Below are positions 25,779-32,380 of a stretch of 32,380 nt of DNA, in pieces; the stretch's first letter is position 1; the number at the start of each line of letters is the position of its first letter. Location of the stretch: positions 1 through 32,380 of the forward strand of contig NW_021832784.1 of NCBI RefSeq assembly GCF_006345805.1, in the 5' to 3' direction. This DNA comes from Octopus sinensis (lineage: Eukaryota). The notes beneath the pieces were generated by a model. It was not told where the DNA came from. It saw only the letters and a list, made by a program, of their open reading frames with translations, and searched no databases. The position numbers and the translations under genes are program-made.

Positions 25779-26480
25779 AGAGAAAGGAGAGGATAGACAT
25801 CCCCTCAAACAACAATTTGAACCGTTGCTCTCATTACCTGTTATTTTTGCATTCCAGTCAGTTGAAGGTGAGATATATATACCTGTGTTGAAGTCTATCA
25901 AAAACTGTAGCTTCGAAACTACTGACTGCAAATATTTTGCGTTTCGATAACTTTCAACCAAATACACACATTTGCAAGACAGCTCACCTACAATATTGTT
26001 AGTTCCGATTTGATTGTTGCACACAAATATATCAAACCTGTTATGTTTGCATTCGAAGAATATCGTGTTGGGAACGTAGTTCAAATATTCTTTGTGTTGA
26101 GTTGAATGTATGTAGTACACAACACAAATATTTTCTGTAATTAACTCGGGTATGTCTTTCATTTTCAAACTCATGTCAGTTTTATATTTGAGCAGCAACA
26201 TTATAATGGTGCATTGGAAGATAATAATTTAAAGATATTCTGGGACACCTACTGTGTGACTATTTAATTCTATCAGCATATACGTTTAATCGTGTAAATG
26301 TATATGTGAGTAACGTTAATTCACACATACACACACACACAAACACACACATAAACACATATACACATGCTTGTCGACTTTACGTTCGACTAACAACATG
26401 AGGCTTTGAAAGATATTAACATAATGATATTTTAAGACTGCTACTGTGTATTCCATTAGAGATTTATCTTGATATATGAT

Positions 26481-26519
26481 CTGTCTGTCTGTCTGTCTGT
26501 CTGTCTCTCCATCTATTTG

Positions 26520-26581
<62 letters not shown>

Positions 26582-26632
26582 ATCTATCTACCTATCTATC
26601 TGTCTATCTATCTATCTATCTATCTGTCTATC

Positions 26633-26687
<55 letters not shown>

Positions 26688-26788
26688 ATATCTATTTATC
26701 TATCTATCTATCTATCTATCGCTATCTATCTATCTATCTACTATCTATCTATCTATCTATCTATCTTATCTTTCTGTCTGTATGTCTG

Positions 26789-26849
<61 letters not shown>

Positions 26850-26850
26850 A
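26481..26850. repeat. Long compound (TCTG)n/(TCTA)n tetranucleotide microsatellite
   Basis: Direct reading; source of the SIYL-repeat ORFs. A similar tract lies at 22330-22450. Confidence 0.95.
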
Positions 26851-26867
26851 TATATATATATATATAT

Positions 26868-27248
26868 ACTAGCAGTATCGCCAGGCGTTGCTCGGGTTTG
26901 TAAGGGAAATAACTATACAGCATTTTTAGAGAGTTATAGCCAAAAATTAGCAAAAAATACATTAAAAATGGAAAAATTATGATGGTAGATTTTTTTTTAA
27001 ATCGTTGACTCATCGTAGACATTTTTAGAGAGTTACTTTCCTTTAAAAAAATATGCATGAAAATGGAAAAAATGATGGTAAATTATTTTTTAAATCGTAG
27101 ACTCATTGTAGACGCGCGCTAAGACCCAGAAGGGCTCGATATGAATCACGACTATAAGATGCCCGGTTTTGGTTAAACTGCACCGCAAAATGTGGGAGTA
27201 GTTAGGAATCTAAATCGAAGGGGACAGACAATCACACAACTACAGTTT

Positions 27249-27259
<11 letters not shown>
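26868..27259 (+). mobile_element. Helentron/Helitron-type non-autonomous element (HINE-like), copy 1
   Basis: Starts ACTAGCAGTATCGCCAGGCGTTGCTCGGG in (TA)n; ~99-bp internal tandem duplication (26921-27020, 27020-27113); ends GACAGACA..TTTTATATATA. Confidence 0.7.
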
Positions 27260-27283
<24 letters not shown>

Positions 27284-27284
<1 letters not shown>

Positions 27285-27588
27285 CTAGCAGTATCGCCCG
27301 GCGTTGCTCGGGTTTGTAAGGGAAATAACTATAAAGCATTTTTAGAGAGTTGTTATAGCCAAACTTTGTGTTTCTCTGATTCTCGACCCCATGTCGAATT
27401 TATCGATTTTTTTCAGAACTGGGGGAACTTTTCAAAATTTTCGCTGCGTTAGTTTTGAATTATGACATTGGGCTAGTGTGTGGTCAAATTTCATCAGAAT
27501 CGGTTGAAAGCCGTGGTCAGGTGAGGGTACAACCTAACAGACACACAGAAACACACACAGACAAACTGCCGTTTATATATAGAGAGAT
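27284..27588 (+). mobile_element. Helentron/Helitron-type non-autonomous element (HINE-like), copy 2
   Basis: Same ~75-bp 5' end including the CCCG/CGGG hairpin; different body with AAATTTCATCAGAATCGG; ACAGAC-rich 3' end and TTTATATATAG. Confidence 0.7.
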
Positions 27589-27607
27589 ATACAAATATTT
27601 CTGTGTA

Positions 27608-27645
<38 letters not shown>

Positions 27646-28741
27646 TGCATTCCTATGTATGTGTGTGTGCGCACGTGATTGAGTTTGTGTTTGTGTGTAT
27701 GTGTGCATGTGCGTGTGTGTGTGTGTGTGAATGTGTGTGTATGTGCTTGTTTAGGTATGTTTGTGCTCCGGTGTCACTGTCAAGGTGTGCGGGATTATTT
27801 TTGAAGATGTTATTTTCTGTTTTATTGACAAACCTATTGCCAAATGCAAGCCAAACATATTCTCCTAGTTTCATATTTTCCCAAACATATCTATGTCTAC
27901 ATCATGAAGTAATTATTTTTTATTTTCATTTCATTCTTCGAGCAAAACAAGTAAGATTTGGTTGTTATGTGGTTGCCATTTCTATTTTTTTGTTTTTTGT
28001 AGATAAAATGTTTAGGTGAGTTTTTATTAACATGCAGTATAGATATGTTCATTATGGTCCTGATCTCGGAATCTTTCTACTTCGGCAGAATGAATATATT
28101 CGATAAATCTTATTAAAATTAGATAAGTTGTGGGATGTTTTACATCATAGTTTTGGGAATCATTCACCACGATACGTTTCTTAAGTTATATGAATTAACA
28201 TATATGTTAAGGCCATTGTTACATCTATGTGAAATAAACCGGAAACTGAATCGCTAATCATAGCCGCTGAGGAATATGTCATAAATACGAATTTGATAAA
28301 GGCAAAGATTCATAAAAATCAATCGGAGAGCAAAGGCGGTATCTGTGGAAAAATGACGCAATTATTAACTATCTATTAAATGAATTGAGTAGACTAGCAT
28401 AAAAAATATTATATACGTTGGCATAACTGTGTAGGTGAAACTGTGTAGGTATTGATATATGAACTGAGTAGATTCAAAGTGATTGAAGACTAGCATGAAC
28501 TCGAGCGAAATGTTGCAATGAGAAACAATTATTAGAGGATTTTATGGGATTTTTCCATTAAGACAAAAGGTCAAATATCATTTTAAAGATCAAAACTAAC
28601 TTCGCAACTTCATCGATTTTGTAATATTACATGTTAATAGATTGTACACCGAAGCATATATCAGGATCTAGTTAGAAGGATAAAGAGATTGTTGAAAGCA
28701 AAGGTGATAATTGTGACGATTGGTACACTTAGAACTATACC

Positions 28742-28968
28742 TATTTCTTTATTACCCACAACGGGCTAAACACAGAGGGGACAAACAAGGATAGACTTAT
28801 TAAGTCGATTACATCGACCCCAGTGTGTAACTGGTACTTTATTTATCGACCCCGAAAGGATGAAAGGCAAAGTCGACCTCGGCGGAATTTGAACTCACAA
28901 CGTAACGCAAACGAAATACCGCTAAGCATTTCGCCCGGCGTGCTAACGTTTCTGCCAGCTCGCCGCCT
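28742..28968 (-). mobile_element. Full-length tRNA-derived SINE family C with 18-bp TSD
   Basis: TSD TACACTTAGAACTATACC at 28724-28741 and 28969-28986; head AAGGCGGCGAGCTGGCAGAA..GAGTTCAAATTCC. Confidence 0.92.
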
Positions 28969-29216
28969 TACACTTAGAACTATACCGAAACCACTCTTGA
29001 AAAAGCAAAAGAATTTTGGAATGGGTATTCACACCGTTGGCCCACGGCAATATGCTACCGTATATTCTGCAGAAATCTCAAATACAGTTCTTCAGAGTTG
29101 AAGAGACTTGTTTCACCAAACATCAGGACAACATCCCTGCTAACTAACGCAGAATGTGATAGCTTTAATAATAAAATTATAATTCTTCCTGTCACTCCAT
29201 TAGTAAGTTAGCCCGT

Positions 29217-29611
29217 AGTGGAGGCGCAATGGCCCAGTGGTTAGGGCAGCGGACTCGCGGTCGGAGGATCGCGGTGTCGATTCCCAGACCGGGCGTTGTG
29301 TGTGTTTATTGAGCGAAAACACCTAAAGCTCCACGAGGCTCCGGCAGGGGGTGGTGGCGACCCCTGTTGTACTCTTTCGCCTCAACTTTCTCTCACTCCA
29401 CTCTTACTTCCTGTTTCTGTTGTACCTGTATTTCAAGGGGCCGGCCTTGTCACTCTCTGTGTCACGCTGAATATCCCGGAGAACTACGTTAAGGGTGCAC
29501 GTGTCTGTGGAGTGCTCAGCCACTTACACGTTAATTTCACGAGCAGGCTGTTCCAATGATTCGGATCAACAGGAACCCTCATCGTCGTAACCGACAGAGT
29601 GCTTCCATCCC
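29217..29611 (+). mobile_element. Full-length tRNA-derived SINE family B with 12-bp TSD
   Basis: TSD AAGTTAGCCCGT at 29205-29216 and 29612-29623; A box TGGCCCAGTGG and B-box-like GGTGTCGATTCC. Confidence 0.92.
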
Positions 29612-30315
29612 AAGTTAGCCCGTGCTTTATGCTCTATCCGTTTACCACTCCTGTTAATTGAATCAAGTTAAAACATGCGTTAGTGGTAACGGCCTAGGAA
29701 CACAGAAAATACATTGAGCATTATTTAATGAATAGTAAACGAACATAAAGGAAATTTCTATTTTGTAATTTATTGCATTTGTGACTTGTTAGTTTGCTCA
29801 TATTTTCCTGGCTAACCTTTTTATTGGTAGCTTAGTTTGGATGGCTGTAATAAATTACTATATGTCACAATTTCTGGATTTTAGTGTACGTGTACCATAC
29901 ATTCATATTTACATTACTTTCATGTAAGCTATGTGTTTTATGTGATTGCATGTATTTCTTTACATAAGAACATCATATATTAATACTATGTTATTGCTTC
30001 TCTGTTTAATAAACCAAGTCAATTGTCACTTTCGATTTCATCCACTCAGATCATAAGCATTTGTTAATGACAGGGAAGGTGTTTGAACACAAATTGATTT
30101 AGGCGCAATGAAACTTCATCATGAAAGATTTTTTCACGAAAAAATATATTACAAGTATTTATTTCACAGTTATGTACGGAACAGAAATTATTGCTGTGTT
30201 TCATGTGCTACTTTGAATTAACGCTTTCAGTGCCATCCACTTTGTAGCTGCGGAAATTACTTTTTAATAGAAAAGATAATAAGCAGAGGTAGCCCACAAG
30301 TGGAATGACAATGAC

Positions 30316-30386
<71 letters not shown>

Positions 30387-30399
30387 TGATGATGATAAT

Positions 30400-30830
30400 A
30401 ATATATCTAGCCCAGTAGGCCAGATACAGTTGTCAGAGATCCTGAAGAAAAAAATGCTTTCTAATTGGTGTATCAATACCAGCAGATGACAACGTGTCTC
30501 TAAAAGAAATGGAGAAACTTTCAAAATACAAAGACCTGGGAATAGAGGTAACTCGAATGTGGAATCTAAAAGCAGAAACAATTCCTATCATGGTAGGCTC
30601 ATTAGGTATGATAAAACATATTCAGACAAATACATAACGAAAACACCAGTACTTACAAGTATATATAACATACAGAAAATAGCACTACTAGGCACCACAC
30701 ACATCCTACGCAAAATACTTTCAATACAGTAACCGTAAGAGCAACATAGCAAACCACAGCACATACCCAAGGCACACAGAGCTGCGCTCGGTAGTGAAGT
30801 GAAAACACGCCATAAAAAAAAAAATAATAA
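30400..30830 (+). mobile_element. 5'-truncated R4/Dong-like non-LTR element (restriction-like endonuclease C-terminus)
   Basis: 30417 onward reads RPDTVVRDPEEKKCFLIGVSIPADDNVSLKEMEKLSKYKDLGIEVTRMWNLKAETIPIMVGSLG, then after a frameshift ..IQKIALLGTTHILRKILSIQ* (TAA 30730-30732). A-rich tail; (TAA)n lies upstream. Confidence 0.85.
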
Positions 30831-30833
30831 ATA

Positions 30834-31044
30834 TTTCTGCTCTAGGCACAAGTCCTGGAAATTTGAAAAAGGAAATCGGACGATGTCATCGATCCCAGTG
30901 CGCAGCTGATATTTATTTCATCAACACTGAACTGAAAGGATGAAAGGCAAAGTCGACCACGGCGGAATTTGAACGCAGAACGTAGCGACAGGCGAAATAC
31001 CACTAAGCATTTCGTCCAGCGCGCTAACAATTCTGCCAGCTCGC
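30834..31044 (-). mobile_element. SINE family C copy
   Basis: Aligns with 28800-28965 (GAAAGGATGAAAGGCAAAGTCGACC..CTGCCAGCTCGC). Confidence 0.85.
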
Positions 31045-31094
31045 AACAACAACAACAACGACGACGGCGATAATAATAATAATAATAATAATAA

Positions 31095-31130
<36 letters not shown>

Positions 31131-31131
<1 letters not shown>

Positions 31132-31301
31132 GTGGCTGTGTGGTAAGTAGCTGGCTTACCAACCACATGGTCCCGGGTTCAGTCCCCTGCATGGCGCATT
31201 GGGCAAGTGTATTCTACTATAGTCTCAGGCCGACCAAGCCTTGTGAGTGGATTCGGTAGACGGAAACTAGAAGCCCGTCGTACATATATATATATATATA
31301 T

Positions 31302-31340
<39 letters not shown>

Positions 31341-31352
31341 GCAGCACGGATT

Positions 31353-31388
<36 letters not shown>

Positions 31389-31396
31389 GTGTGGTG

Positions 31397-31445
<49 letters not shown>

Positions 31446-31680
31446 CACATATCTATATGTGTGTGTATATGTTTCTGTGTCTGTTTGTCCCCCCAGCATC
31501 GCTTGACAACCGATGCTGGTGTGTTTACGCCCCTGTAACTTATCGGTTCGGCAAAAGCGACCGATAGAATAAGTACTAGGCTTACAAAGAATAAGCTCTG
31601 GGGTCGATTTGCTCGACTATAAAGGTGGTGCTCCAGCATGGTCGCAGTCAAATGACTGAGTGAAAGAGTAAAAGAGAGTA
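31131..31680 (+). mobile_element. Full-length SINE family A with expanded internal microsatellite
   Basis: Collinear with 10991-11438; A-box-like TGGCTGTGTGG, B-box-like GGGTTCAGTCC; flanked by (TAA)n tracts. Confidence 0.9.
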
Positions 31681-31706
31681 TGATAATAATAATAATGATA
31701 ATAATA

Positions 31707-31766
<60 letters not shown>

Positions 31767-32380
31767 TAATAAAAGTATTTTTGAAATTCAGCTAATCACA
31801 AATGTATAGAAGTATGTCCACATAACATAACTGACATTCACTGTGCGAAGTTAGATCGATTTAGATTGCATTTTGATAAAGTACATGTTTAGTTGGTTCT
31901 CAGGAGAATATACGATGCACCAATGCACGTGACAACGTAAGACGTAGCAATGGATATTGTTATCGGTCGATAAACGTGGAATAACGAATCTAGAAGATGA
32001 CAGAATTGTCAGTGGTGTTCTCTGTGTGTCTTGTATTGTTTTGACGTTACTGAAATATTCATAAAACAATGGATTGGGAGGATGTTTTACACAAATATAC
32101 ATGCAGTAAACGTATCTCTGTACACTCAATGCTAGAAAACATTAGATCAGGTATACACGGATGTGCACAATAACTCACATACAAACATACATGGCTATCA
32201 GTTGTCCAGTTTATAATTATACCATATGTTACATATTTATTATATCATTCCTTGATACTGTGTGCACTAAGATCCCCGTTGACAGGTCGCTAATATTTAT
32301 AGAGTGTTACATTTTGGTATGCAAATTAGGGATTCCTTCATAGAGTAGCTGCTGCATTTGTTTAGTATATAAACAGTTTA

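Noticed and set aside
28262-28310. CTGAGGA-ATAT..ATAC-GAATT hammerhead-like words
   Set aside because: A15.1 is missing and no stem I or stem III forms.

Overview
This is AT-rich, microsatellite-saturated eukaryotic intergenic or intronic DNA. Its tRNA-derived SINE families and repeat landscape resemble those of an octopod cephalopod genome (inference from recalled family sequences, not a database hit). No host protein-coding gene can be supported; nearly all ORF-track entries are translated microsatellites. The window holds many SINE copies, 5'-truncated LINE ends (RTE including a BovB-like copy with TSD, R4/Dong-like, a weak CR1-like relic), Helentron-type non-autonomous elements and MITE-like foldbacks. 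The standout signal is a dense set of type I hammerhead ribozyme (HHR) motifs of the Penelope-like/retrozyme kind, from several sequence-unrelated families: an intact canonical one at 1923-2005, others at 391-438, 2165-2271, 7044-7174 and 18536-18580, and three palindromic cassettes (8787-8914, 15298-15404, 23885-24109) each made of two inverted HHR copies, so each strand carries one motif. One decayed HHR lies downstream of a tRNA-like Pol III promoter. Structures were folded by eye and self-cleavage is untested.
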